64,000 nucleotides of DNA from a virus (Duplodnaviria; Heunggongvirae; Uroviricota; Caudoviricetes), in the IMG/VR virus record IMGVR_UViG_3300029859_000151. One strand, written 5' to 3'. Position numbers and translations under genes: made by a program. Positions within the stretch are counted from its first letter, which is position 1. Every line of letters begins with the position of its first letter. Shown here in pieces: positions 42,644 through 51,402 of this stretch. The notes beneath the pieces were generated by a model, which was not told the origin of the DNA, did no database searches, and saw only the letters and a program-made list of their open reading frames with translations.

Positions 42644-44224
42644 GTGGCAGAAACAAAAACCATTGTTAATCACACGATATTTGAAAAAAAACATCATTAC
42701 ATGAGCGCAATGAAAGAAATTGAAATATTGAAACGCCAGGCGGAATATGAAATACTTCAAGGTGGATTTTCAAAAGAAAGATTAAATGAAATATACAAAA
42801 CACGCTCTTTAATTTTTGCTGGATTGATACGTGAAAAATTAAATTATCAATATATCCAAAATTCAGACGATCCACAAAAAGATGAAATTCGATTAGTTAT
42901 TGATGGTATAAATTATGATTGTGAAGCAAAATCTTTATTAAATGTAATGAAGAATGATTTTGCGGTCATGATTCCAGAAAGTGTTGGCCGGTTAAAATTT
43001 GAAAAAGAGACCACCGACAAAGAACAAGCGCCAAATAAATTAAAAAAAAGAAATGAGGCAACAGATAATGACAAGATCTTAGATTTGAAAAAAGATAATA
43101 CTGAAACCAAAATAAAAACAGAATCAATAGAGCCTGAAGCTGACAACGAAACAATAACAGACATTTCTGGAGCTGCAACATCTGAAAAAATTTCTAATGA
43201 ATCAATTGTTGCAGCTGTTATGCCGGAAGCAGCAAGCATTGATGAAAATAAAGCGAAATCTTCAGATTTTATTGAGGAAGACCATTTAGAAGAAAAGAAC
43301 AGAATTAAGAATGATAAATTTGTATATGATATATGCAATGTGTCGGCAATAATGGATGGGGGAAGAAGAGGAGAGGACTTTACATTTATTATTGCTCCAT
43401 TATATCTATATGAAGATAACACAAAACCAGATATTGTCGTGTATGCAAAAAAAGAAAGTTCTTATGTTTACGAGGTTACTCAAACAGAAAAAAAGGTTCT
43501 TGAGATTAACATTGAGGGCCATACTTTCTTAGTACATGGAAGCTTTCATTCTGGAGAATTCAAATCTTTCATTCATGCGGCAGGAGTGACATTAAGCACA
43601 GGATACAATCTTAAAATTGATACTGAAAAGCATAGGAATGCTTTAAAGCAATACACCCCGAATAATAAAAATGGTCATATTTGTTATGAAGCTGAGAATA
43701 TTAAATTTCATGTATTCCCATTAGAATCTTTTAATGAAGTTGGTGGAAACGGAAACGCGAAATGCTTGGTTGTTTCAGAATACAACACTGGAAGAGAAGT
43801 ACAAATATTGCCTGATCCGTATAATACAAAAGTTGTTTTTGGAAATGGAAAATATTCAATGTATAATTATTGGGATGGAGAATACCTTGTTTCTGAAATC
43901 ATAAAAAATGTTCAAGAAACTGAAGAAGAAAATGAAAAAAGAAAGGGTATGGATTTCCTGGCATTAGCTGACAAGAGCTTAAGAAAATTAATAAAATTCG
44001 TAATCTTAATTTTAATTGGAGTGGGATTATTTATTGGAGTACATAAAGTTAATTCCGATCCTGTATTAAAAGAAAAGGTGATTAGTCAAATAGAAAAAAT
44101 TGTTGATAGCAATAAAGAGAAAAAAAATAAGGAACACGAATCTATTTTTTCTAATATTGATGGAATGAGTACAGAAACATTGATTCCTGAAGATACAGGA
44201 GTGCAGGAGATGCAAGAAGAATAG
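42644..44224 (+). CDS. hypothetical protein (526 aa); paralog B of the 37640 protein, with C-terminal TM helix
   Basis: GTG start after GAAAGGAGATTGCATT; shares N- and C-terminal conserved blocks with the 37640 protein; acidic/Ser-rich middle; hydrophobic FVILILIGVGLFIGV near the C-terminus. Confidence 0.55.
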   Translation: MAETKTIVNHTIFEKKHHYMSAMKEIEILKRQAEYEILQGGFSKERLNEIYKTRSLIFAGLIREKLNYQYIQNSDDPQKDEIRLVIDGINYDCEAKSLLNVMKNDFAVMIPESVGRLKFEKETTDKEQAPNKLKKRNEATDNDKILDLKKDNTETKIKTESIEPEADNETITDISGAATSEKISNESIVAAVMPEAASIDENKAKSSDFIEEDHLEEKNRIKNDKFVYDICNVSAIMDGGRRGEDFTFIIAPLYLYEDNTKPDIVVYAKKESSYVYEVTQTEKKVLEINIEGHTFLVHGSFHSGEFKSFIHAAGVTLSTGYNLKIDTEKHRNALKQYTPNNKNGHICYEAENIKFHVFPLESFNEVGGNGNAKCLVVSEYNTGREVQILPDPYNTKVVFGNGKYSMYNYWDGEYLVSEIIKNVQETEEENEKRKGMDFLALADKSLRKLIKFVILILIGVGLFIGVHKVNSDPVLKEKVISQIEKIVDSNKEKKNKEHESIFSNIDGMSTETLIPEDTGVQEMQEE

Positions 44225-44334
44225 CAGCACATGAATTGAACACATGCTTCGAAAGCCTTTTCAATTTTTGATAAATATGGAACAAAAACTGTAAAAACTA
44301 TTGAAGATGTTGTTGGTTTGATTGGAGGTTAAAT

Positions 44335-44940
44335 ATGAATATTTTGGTTAACAGCAGATTAAAGAGAAAGATTCAAATAGAGAATCGTAAGCAAAGACGA
44401 GGCATTTATTATTTGTGGCTTTTTGAAAAAATTTCTTTTGCATTGATTATTGCTTATATAGTATTATTTCCAATCTACTGTACAGTAACAGGATATTTAG
44501 TTTCGACAAATATGAGAACTGGAGAACTTAGCTACTTTTTAGTGGCAAGTGAAACAACTATTTATGGAGCGATGGGTTTGGCTACTGTATTATTTATCTA
44601 TGTACTTAGGGTAAGGCTAGAGCACGTTTTCATAGGTGGTCGTGTTGATGAGAAGATAGAGATTGCTGACGATAAGTTGGTTTATGCATTTAGAATAAAA
44701 TATCAGACACCAGAAAATGAGAGAAATATCGTTGTGATTGATTTGAGCAGAATAAACAAATTAAGCTATAACGAGAAATTATCAGAAATAAGCATTGATG
44801 GAATGATGATTGAAAGAACAGTTAAGGCGTCTACCAATGTTCAAAGAATAAACATATCAAATATGGTGGATAGCAACATAAAGATAAATGATTACTTTAC
44901 ACCTTCATTGTATGAAGTATTAAAATCAAAGATCAACTAG
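44335..44940 (+). CDS. membrane protein (201 aa)
   Basis: RBS GATTGGAGGTTAAAT-ATG; two N-terminal TM helices then a soluble beta-rich C-terminal domain. Confidence 0.5.
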   Translation: MNILVNSRLKRKIQIENRKQRRGIYYLWLFEKISFALIIAYIVLFPIYCTVTGYLVSTNMRTGELSYFLVASETTIYGAMGLATVLFIYVLRVRLEHVFIGGRVDEKIEIADDKLVYAFRIKYQTPENERNIVVIDLSRINKLSYNEKLSEISIDGMMIERTVKASTNVQRINISNMVDSNIKINDYFTPSLYEVLKSKIN

Positions 44941-45121
44941 GAGAGGTTTTTATGGATACTGAAATGATAAATGATAAAGTGAGTCAAGAAATTCTGTTTA
45001 TTTCTACTGAAAAATATGATGCCACCCAAGTTACCTATATTTATCTGAATATGTCAGGAAAACCCTGTCTTTAGTTATGAGGAGCACCAAGCATAGATAA
45101 CAATTCATAAGGAGAAAAGAT

Positions 45122-45817
45122 ATGCTATATATTACAGGAGATACTCATGGAATGATCGATATACAAAAAATAAAAGATATGGCAGGAACACTTCATAAAG
45201 AAGACTATTTGCTGATCACAGGAGATTTTGGAGTTATTTGGCGTAATGAATCTGATGATTTAGAAGAATCTTTAATTTCCATTTATGAAAATCTTGGTTG
45301 CACAGTGTTGTGGATTGACGGCAATCATGAGAATCATGTTAGAATAAACAACTTGCCTGTTGAAGAATGGCATGGAGGAAAAACTCACAGAATTTCCGAA
45401 AACATTATTCATCTTATGCGTGGAGAGATTTTTGAAATAGCCGGTTATAAAATTTTTACTATGGGAGGCGCCGCTTCTACAGATAAAGAATGGCGTATAC
45501 CTGATGTTAGCTGGTGGAAAGAAGAAATCCCTTGTGAAGAAGAGAAAAAGAATGCGTTGAATAATTTAAAGAAAGCAGAATATAATATTGATTTCGTAAT
45601 CACACATACTGCTCCATCTCATATTATAAAAGAAATGAATGCATTTTATCGTATAGATGAGTATACTGATTGGCTAGAAGGTTTGTCTAAAAAGATGAAT
45701 TTTTTTCAATGGTATTTTGGACATTTCCATATTGATCGAACATTTGAAAATGGAAAATACATTGCTTGCTTTGATGAAATCGCTATGCTGCCAGAGAAAA
45801 TAAATAACAATAAATAG
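45122..45817 (+). CDS. calcineurin-like metallophosphoesterase (second copy)
   Basis: YITGDTHG, LLITGDFG, IDGNHENH, VITHTAP, FGHFH. Confidence 0.7.
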   Translation: MLYITGDTHGMIDIQKIKDMAGTLHKEDYLLITGDFGVIWRNESDDLEESLISIYENLGCTVLWIDGNHENHVRINNLPVEEWHGGKTHRISENIIHLMRGEIFEIAGYKIFTMGGAASTDKEWRIPDVSWWKEEIPCEEEKKNALNNLKKAEYNIDFVITHTAPSHIIKEMNAFYRIDEYTDWLEGLSKKMNFFQWYFGHFHIDRTFENGKYIACFDEIAMLPEKINNNK

Positions 45818-45820
45818 TGG

Positions 45821-45861
45821 AAAGCTGTTTCTTATTTTTATGAATAAGAAGCAGCTTTTTC
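45821..45861 (+). terminator. rho-independent terminator
   Basis: AAGCTGTTTCTTATT-TTTATG-AATAAGAAGCAGCTTTTTCTG. Confidence 0.65.
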
Positions 45862-45874
45862 TGTACCGAAAAAA
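45861..45874 (+). promoter_or_regulatory. upstream element CTGTACCGAAAAAA
   Basis: 11 nt 5' of the promoter core at 45886. Confidence 0.45.
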
Positions 45875-45885
45875 CCTCAAAAAGA

Positions 45886-45897
45886 TCTGACATATTA
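45886..45897 (+). promoter_or_regulatory. phage promoter motif copy
   Basis: AAAGATCTGACATATTAAAAATATAG. Confidence 0.55.
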
Positions 45898-45939
45898 AAA
45901 ATATAGTTTTTGAATTTTTAATTTTGTGAGGTTTTTATT

Positions 45940-47730
45940 ATGGATTTTCAAGTTCCAACATTTATTCAGGAAATAGAAGAAATGCCGTCACGTCAGGCAA
46001 TTGATGTCAAGGAATTAGAGCGAAAAAGAAAGACAGAAAGAGAAGACCGTGCATTAATAAAGCTTCTTGCCGCTGACTGTGTTTATAACAAAGGAATGTT
46101 TGATGTCATGTATTGTGAAAATACATCTGAACAGAGGAAAAGTTCCGTTTCTTATTCTATTCAAAAATTTCATCCACAAAAAGAGTCTACTCTTACGCCA
46201 ATGGGGGAGATTCACAAATTAGAAGCTGATGGAAAAATCGGCTTTTTTGTATATCCAATAGTGAAATTTTTTACAAAAGGAACGATTAAAAACACTGAAT
46301 CTCACACAATTACGTTTAAACTTACTGGAGATCTAGCAGAAAGAATCAATGCAGGAGAGGATCTGCTCCAGGATGAAGTATATTATTTGTTGAAAAAAGA
46401 ATATCCGTTTTTAAACACTTTTTCTCCATATGCTGTGATTGCAGATGGTGATAGGGCATTGTATTTAATGTATACTTTTGCAGACAATATTATAAACAGA
46501 AAGAAAAATGTTAAGGATCTTTACCTGCTACTTTCAGATTTTACTGGTATGCCAATGGCAAACGAAACAGATTTTTATAACATTCCGTTCCCTTGCCCTA
46601 ATACAAAAAACAAAAATACGGGCAAAAATTGCAGATTTTACTGGGATCAGAGATATAAGATCCGCACCTTAACGGGTTTTGTTTCTTTAAACGTAGGGAT
46701 CTTTTCAAGTTCTGCCGTGAAGAAGGTTGTTTATTATGAAGACGGCAGCATAAAAGAAAATGCAGACATTACAGATTTTCATGCATATTGGATCAATAAG
46801 TATGGTTCGGAATTTCTGGCAGATAATCCAGAATATTCGGAGCCTATGTCTGTTTATAAAAATAAAGGAAACAAAAAGAAAAAAGATGATTTTATTGGTT
46901 TTGCTAATAGCATAAACACAGATATTTCAAAAATGAATTTCTGGACTTTTTGCACTATAATCAATCATTCCGGTAAATATGAGCACAAAAGCATACATAC
47001 AGTAAATGATGTTGATTACAGCAAAACACCGGGAAAATTTCTTAGAGATCTTCGTACCATATTTGAAGAGCGAAATGGCAATATGAAAGGAATGGAAAAA
47101 GCTTTCATTTATCATATGACGCTTACATTAATTTGGTGCAAAGCGAACAATGCTGAAATACGTACTATTATCAAAGAATATAACAAGAAGATGAAACATC
47201 CTTTAACAGATGAGACGGTAAGGCAAATTGTGGATGCAAGAATTAAAAATAGAGGAAAGGAGCATGTTTCGGCAAAAAAAATTACGGCTGAGTTAAACCT
47301 TTCAGATGCCTTCATCCTTAATCGGGCAAAGATTTGCTATAATAAAGAAAGAATTCTTGCCAGAAAAAGAAAAGCAAGTCAGAAAGCTAACGAATATCGA
47401 AAGAAGCAAGTTGCTCTTAAAAGAAAGGCTAAATATGATGCCTTAAAAAAGGCCTATTTAGCAGGCGGTAATTACAAAGATATGGAAATGGCAAGTGGCT
47501 GGAGCCGAAATACTGTGAAAAAATATTTAAAAATGGTCTTAATGGATCAAAAGAAAAAATACGAGCAGTGGAAACTCCGCCAGGAAATAAAAGCGGTAGA
47601 AACAGGCAAGACTAAAAAGGTAGGCATTCCACAGTCATATAAACGGATCGCTGCTATTTTAGATAGAACAGAAAGCAACATCTGGATTTCAAGATTGGCA
47701 GAGCAGACAGAACAAGTCGCATTAATATAA
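45940..47730 (+). CDS. hypothetical protein (596 aa) with two C-terminal helix-turn-helix-like segments
   Basis: C-terminus: ITAELNLSDAFILNRAKI and GGNYKDMEMASGWSRNTVKKYLKMV (sigma region 4 / resolvase-like HTH pattern) separated by a Lys/Arg-rich linker; last gene before the AT-rich non-coding region. Confidence 0.55.
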   Translation: MDFQVPTFIQEIEEMPSRQAIDVKELERKRKTEREDRALIKLLAADCVYNKGMFDVMYCENTSEQRKSSVSYSIQKFHPQKESTLTPMGEIHKLEADGKIGFFVYPIVKFFTKGTIKNTESHTITFKLTGDLAERINAGEDLLQDEVYYLLKKEYPFLNTFSPYAVIADGDRALYLMYTFADNIINRKKNVKDLYLLLSDFTGMPMANETDFYNIPFPCPNTKNKNTGKNCRFYWDQRYKIRTLTGFVSLNVGIFSSSAVKKVVYYEDGSIKENADITDFHAYWINKYGSEFLADNPEYSEPMSVYKNKGNKKKKDDFIGFANSINTDISKMNFWTFCTIINHSGKYEHKSIHTVNDVDYSKTPGKFLRDLRTIFEERNGNMKGMEKAFIYHMTLTLIWCKANNAEIRTIIKEYNKKMKHPLTDETVRQIVDARIKNRGKEHVSAKKITAELNLSDAFILNRAKICYNKERILARKRKASQKANEYRKKQVALKRKAKYDALKKAYLAGGNYKDMEMASGWSRNTVKKYLKMVLMDQKKKYEQWKLRQEIKAVETGKTKKVGIPQSYKRIAAILDRTESNIWISRLAEQTEQVALI

Positions 47731-47746
47731 TTTTTCAAAAATGAAA

Positions 47747-47793
47747 TATGACTTAAAGGCTTATGAAAGTTGTTGAAAAAATAAGCCTTTTTG
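47747..47793 (+). terminator. terminator-like hairpin
   Basis: AAAGGCTTAT-GAAAGTTGTTGAAAAAAT-AAGCCTTTTTGTTG. Confidence 0.5.
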
Positions 47794-47849
47794 TTGTACC
47801 TAAAATTAGAAAAAATGAGTGGAAACCGCAAGAAATCTTTAAGTTTTCT

Positions 47850-47945
47850 GTCAAAAAATAAAATCCGCATATATAAAAACTTGTGTAGAACAAAAAAATA
47901 TAGTGGTTTGTCGTAAGTGTCAAAAAATAAAATCCGCATATATAA
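47850..47945 (+). repeat. 27-bp direct repeat x2 (GTCAAAAAATAAAATCCGCATATATAA), 69-bp spacing
   Basis: exact copies at 47850-47876 and 47919-47945 within a 750-bp non-coding AT-rich region. Confidence 0.7.
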
Positions 47946-48162
47946 TAATTTAAGGCTCATATCGGGGCAAAAAATGCTCCGAATTAAATAATTGCTGAAA
48001 CAAAATTGGAATAAAAATTTTTACATATTAAAAGAATCGTTAATACAATCTCATAGCTTCATTTGCGTCGGAATAAATCCGCCGCTCATTCCGCGTTTTT
48101 AAAAGGAAAGTTTTCCACCTAATCGTTAATAACTGGCTGACAGCCTCATTGTAATTAAAATT

Positions 48163-48208
48163 TTTATACACAGATTTAAACTGGATTTATACACAGATTT
48201 AAACTGGA
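48163..48208 (+). repeat. 23-bp tandem direct repeat x2 (TTTATACACAGATTTAAACTGGA), iteron-like
   Basis: exact tandem copies at 48163-48185 and 48186-48208. Confidence 0.7.
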
Positions 48209-48413
48209 ACGTCGATATTTTTAAATTTAACAAAAAAATTTTATATTCAGTATTTTTCATTATATAAAAGTTGGTAAAAGTCATAAAAAACAATGTTTCA
48301 ATATAGTGAAATCGCCGGAAAATAAGGAAAGACAGGAGCCTAAGAAGCGAAAATTATCAAGACTATGAAAATATATAGATAAATTGTAATATACAAGATA
48401 AAGTATATATACA

Positions 48414-48441
48414 TTGCGAACGTTACAAAATATGGTATAAT
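48414..48441 (+). promoter_or_regulatory. host-type sigma70/sigmaA promoter with extended -10 (TTGCGA-16-TGgTATAAT)
   Basis: only strong canonical promoter noted in the window; lies where the phage-specific motif is absent, 35 nt upstream of the CDS at 48477. Confidence 0.55.
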
Positions 48442-48476
48442 AAATTTAAAATATTAGAAAGGAGCTTAAGTATAAT

Positions 48477-48821
48477 ATGATATTTAAGTGTGGTATGGTA
48501 AATCCCATAATTAGAAAAATTGTTATTGATGAAAAATTGTTGCTAAAGGCAAAAGGACTTTTAAGAAATTTCCCTCAAATTTCTGGAAAATACGAAGAAG
48601 ATATTCGGCAATACAGAAAAAATAAAGAGATAATAAATGAATTGTCATATGAATATAATTTGCCAAATGATTCAACAGGTATTGATAAAAGCAAATATAA
48701 ACCTGGAGAAATTTTCTTAATCATACTTCCTAATCCAGAAGTAAAAAGAGTTTTAGATGAACTTATTAGATTGCAAACAGTTTATTCAAAACAAATACAA
48801 AATCGACTATATACTAAATAA
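48477..48821 (+). CDS. hypothetical protein (114 aa), putative early gene
   Basis: RBS AGAAAGGAGCTTAAGTATAAT-ATG; expressed from the host-type promoter. Confidence 0.5.
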   Translation: MIFKCGMVNPIIRKIVIDEKLLLKAKGLLRNFPQISGKYEEDIRQYRKNKEIINELSYEYNLPNDSTGIDKSKYKPGEIFLIILPNPEVKRVLDELIRLQTVYSKQIQNRLYTK

Positions 48822-48970
48822 TTTCTTGTTACTTATCTTAATTTTTTACCTTAAATTCTTTATTTATATTAGGTTCTTTATACGTTTATTCTTTTATACG
48901 TTTATATATCTTTTAAATTTCCTTTTTTGCTATCAGAAGTTATAAAAAAAATAATTATATAGAAAGGAGG

Positions 48971-49306
48971 CTAGAGAAGAAGAGAAAAATAAACAAAACA
49001 AATACAAGCTATTAAGCCTATGATCATTTCAATGAAACTAAGTATTTTTAAAACAACTTTACTATTATAAAAGAAAAAATATTCGAGAATTTTTAAAATA
49101 GGAAAAGTTAAAAGGATACAAATGAAATCTATTGTTAAAACTGCAAAACATATTTTTAAAGCAAACATTGGAGAAGGTAAATTTGCGTTTGTCAAAAGAA
49201 CTGTTTTTATCAAATTTACTGGGTGAAAATTTAGATTCATTGGTTTATCCCCTTTGTATACTTTGTATAATAGGGAAATTATACCAAAAGAATGTATTTT
49301 ATGCAA
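48971..49306 (-). CDS. small membrane protein (111 aa), minus strand
   Basis: three hydrophobic segments; opposite orientation to all its neighbours. Confidence 0.45.
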   Translation of the reverse strand: MHKIHSFGIISLLYKVYKGDKPMNLNFHPVNLIKTVLLTNANLPSPMFALKICFAVLTIDFICILLTFPILKILEYFFFYNSKVVLKILSFIEMIIGLIACICFVYFSLLL

Positions 49307-49390
49307 ATTGACCGGTAAAACACCTTATTTTAGTTGTGGAAAACATTAAATAATGATAAGAGAAAAAAATAAGAAAGAAAAGTGAAGAGA

Positions 49391-49425
49391 AGAGAGAACT
49401 CTACTAGGAGTTCTCTTTTTTCAGT
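49391..49425 (+). terminator. rho-independent terminator
   Basis: AGAGAACTC-TACTAG-GAGTTCTCTTTTTTCAG. Confidence 0.65.
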
Positions 49426-49444
49426 TACTTTATTTCCTATAAAA

Positions 49445-49456
49445 TCTGACATATTG
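49445..49456 (+). promoter_or_regulatory. phage promoter motif copy (variant ..ATATTG)
   Basis: AAAATCTGACATATTGAACTTG. Confidence 0.5.
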
Positions 49457-49503
49457 AACTTGTAACTAGATTAACTTGTTTTTGAAAATGGGAGGGTAAT
49501 CAA

Positions 49504-50166
49504 ATGAAGATTATTAAAAGAAATGGAGAAGAAAAGCCATTTCAAGCTGAAAAAATTGCAAAAGCGATTAGCAAGGCAAATGAAAGTGTGATCGATTATG
49601 AACGATTGAGCGAATCTCAAATTGCCGAAATTGTCTCAAATGTGACAAAAGCCTGTGAGAACATGAGCCATAGCCCTAATGTGGAAGAAATTCAGGATAT
49701 GGTTGAAAATCAGATTATGCAGCAAGGGGCATTTTCTGTAGCAAGAAATTATATTACTTATCGTTATAAACGAGAAATCGTTCGGAAATCAAATACTACT
49801 GATCAACAGATTCTTAGTTTAATTGAGTGTGATAATGAGGAAATTAAACAGGAGAATTCTAATAAGAACCCAACAGTGGTCAGCGTGCAAAGAGATTATA
49901 TGGCCGGGGAAGTCAGTAAGGATCTAACAAAAAGATTTTTTTTACCACCAGATATTGTCGAAGCGCATGAAAATGGACTTATACATTTTCATGATGCTGA
50001 TTATTTCTGCCAGAGAATGAACAATTGTGGACTGGTTAATTTGGAGGATATGCTTCAGAACGGAACTGTTATTAGTGGAACAATGATTGAGAAACCTCAT
50101 AGTTTTTCGACAGCCTGCAATATCGCAACACAAGTAATTGCTCAAGTAGCGAGCAGTCAGTACGGT
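49504..50166 (+). CDS. nrdD: anaerobic ribonucleoside-triphosphate reductase NrdD, exon 1 (ATP-cone + N-terminal part)
   Basis: MKIIKRNGEEKPFQAEKIAKAISKA is an ATP-cone start typical of NrdD. The ORF runs to ..VASSQYG, then the frame hits a stop 8 codons later inside the intron. Predicted exon end at T50166. Confidence 0.75.
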
Positions 50167-51402
50167 TTAAAGAGATCTGCCGTACTTTAAAAACAATATT
50201 AACCATCAGAGATGGGGTTATGCCTTAAATGGCATGGCTAACGAGGTAGGTTGGAAAAGCTGATCTCGTGATCATTTTGATAATTAACGATTTTTAAAAA
50301 TAAAGAGGTGGAATGCCTATGGCAAAAACAACAAGTGCAACAAGTGCAACAAATGCAGAAAAATCTGAGCTTATGAAATCTGCGATTTTTCAATTATATA
50401 GTAAAGAGGGAAGATCAATTTGTTATATTAGTCGGTTATTGGAAATCAACAGGAAGACGCTTTCAGAAAAAATAGAAGAATGGGATTTTCCAAAACCAAA
50501 ACCGACAAAATATGTAAAACCGTCAACCCAAAAATTTATTAATAAAAATAGAGCTTTGATAAAATCTCGTTTGGATAATGATATTTCCATAACAAAAATT
50601 GCGGAGGAATTGCAAGTTGAGCGAAGTTTTCTTCAAAAAACAATTATTCCAAATGACGAAATTTTGTATAAGGCAAAATGTGATTATATAAAAAGAAAAC
50701 AATCAAATGCAGAAGAGCGCAGAAATGAAATATTGAAAAATTCAAGGCAGGAATATATTTTTAGTGATTTGCCCGGGGAGATTTGGAGACCTATTTTAGG
50801 GTACGAAGGATATATGGTATCCAACAAAGGACGAATTAAAAAATATGCAAAAAGATATAAGGCATATTATTTAATTGCCCAAACTCCAAACAAAAATAAT
50901 GGGCGCTTATACGTTTGTTTGTTTAAGGGGAATAAAAGAAAAAATATGCAAGTTGCAAGAATTGTCGCACATGCATTTGTGGATGGATTTGATGGCACAC
51001 ACAATACTGTAAATCACGAAGATGGGAATGTCCAAAACAATGAAGCCACAAATCTTACTTGGACAAGCCAATCAGAAAATAATAAACATTCGTATACAAA
51101 ACTAAATCGGCAAAAAGTGAATTTTAAGAAATATAAGTTTAAAAAAATTATCTATAAAGAAAAGTATGAGTTTAAAACGGTTGCTGCATTGGCGCGTTTT
51201 TTAGGAAAATCTGAAACACAGACTAGACGTTATTTAGATTATCCGGAAAAACATAATTTGCAATTATGTAATTAACAAAATGATTGTAACGACTACCGTA
51301 AGCTATCAGCGATGATAGTTGAAACATATTGGCGGATATAATAACAATATCTGCAAGAAATAGTCTAAGCTATGTGTAGAATACGAACTTACATAGTATT
51401 TG
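50167..51402 (+). other. group I intron (predicted) interrupting nrdD, carrying an HNH endonuclease ORF
   Basis: 5' exon ends in U and the intron ends in G (G51402). Joining 50166 to 51403 restores a continuous frame ..IAQVASSQYG|GQSISLAHLAPF.. Structured GC-richer segments lie at 50190-50310 and 51276-51400. Confidence 0.6.
50313..51275 (+). CDS. HNH homing endonuclease (intron-encoded), with NUMOD/AP2-like DNA-binding region
   Basis: IWRPILGYEGYMVSNKGRIKKY; HNH motif VNHEDGNVQNNEATNLTWTSQSENNKHS; N-terminal HTH-like segments. Confidence 0.75.
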   Translation: MPMAKTTSATSATNAEKSELMKSAIFQLYSKEGRSICYISRLLEINRKTLSEKIEEWDFPKPKPTKYVKPSTQKFINKNRALIKSRLDNDISITKIAEELQVERSFLQKTIIPNDEILYKAKCDYIKRKQSNAEERRNEILKNSRQEYIFSDLPGEIWRPILGYEGYMVSNKGRIKKYAKRYKAYYLIAQTPNKNNGRLYVCLFKGNKRKNMQVARIVAHAFVDGFDGTHNTVNHEDGNVQNNEATNLTWTSQSENNKHSYTKLNRQKVNFKKYKFKKIIYKEKYEFKTVAALARFLGKSETQTRRYLDYPEKHNLQLCN

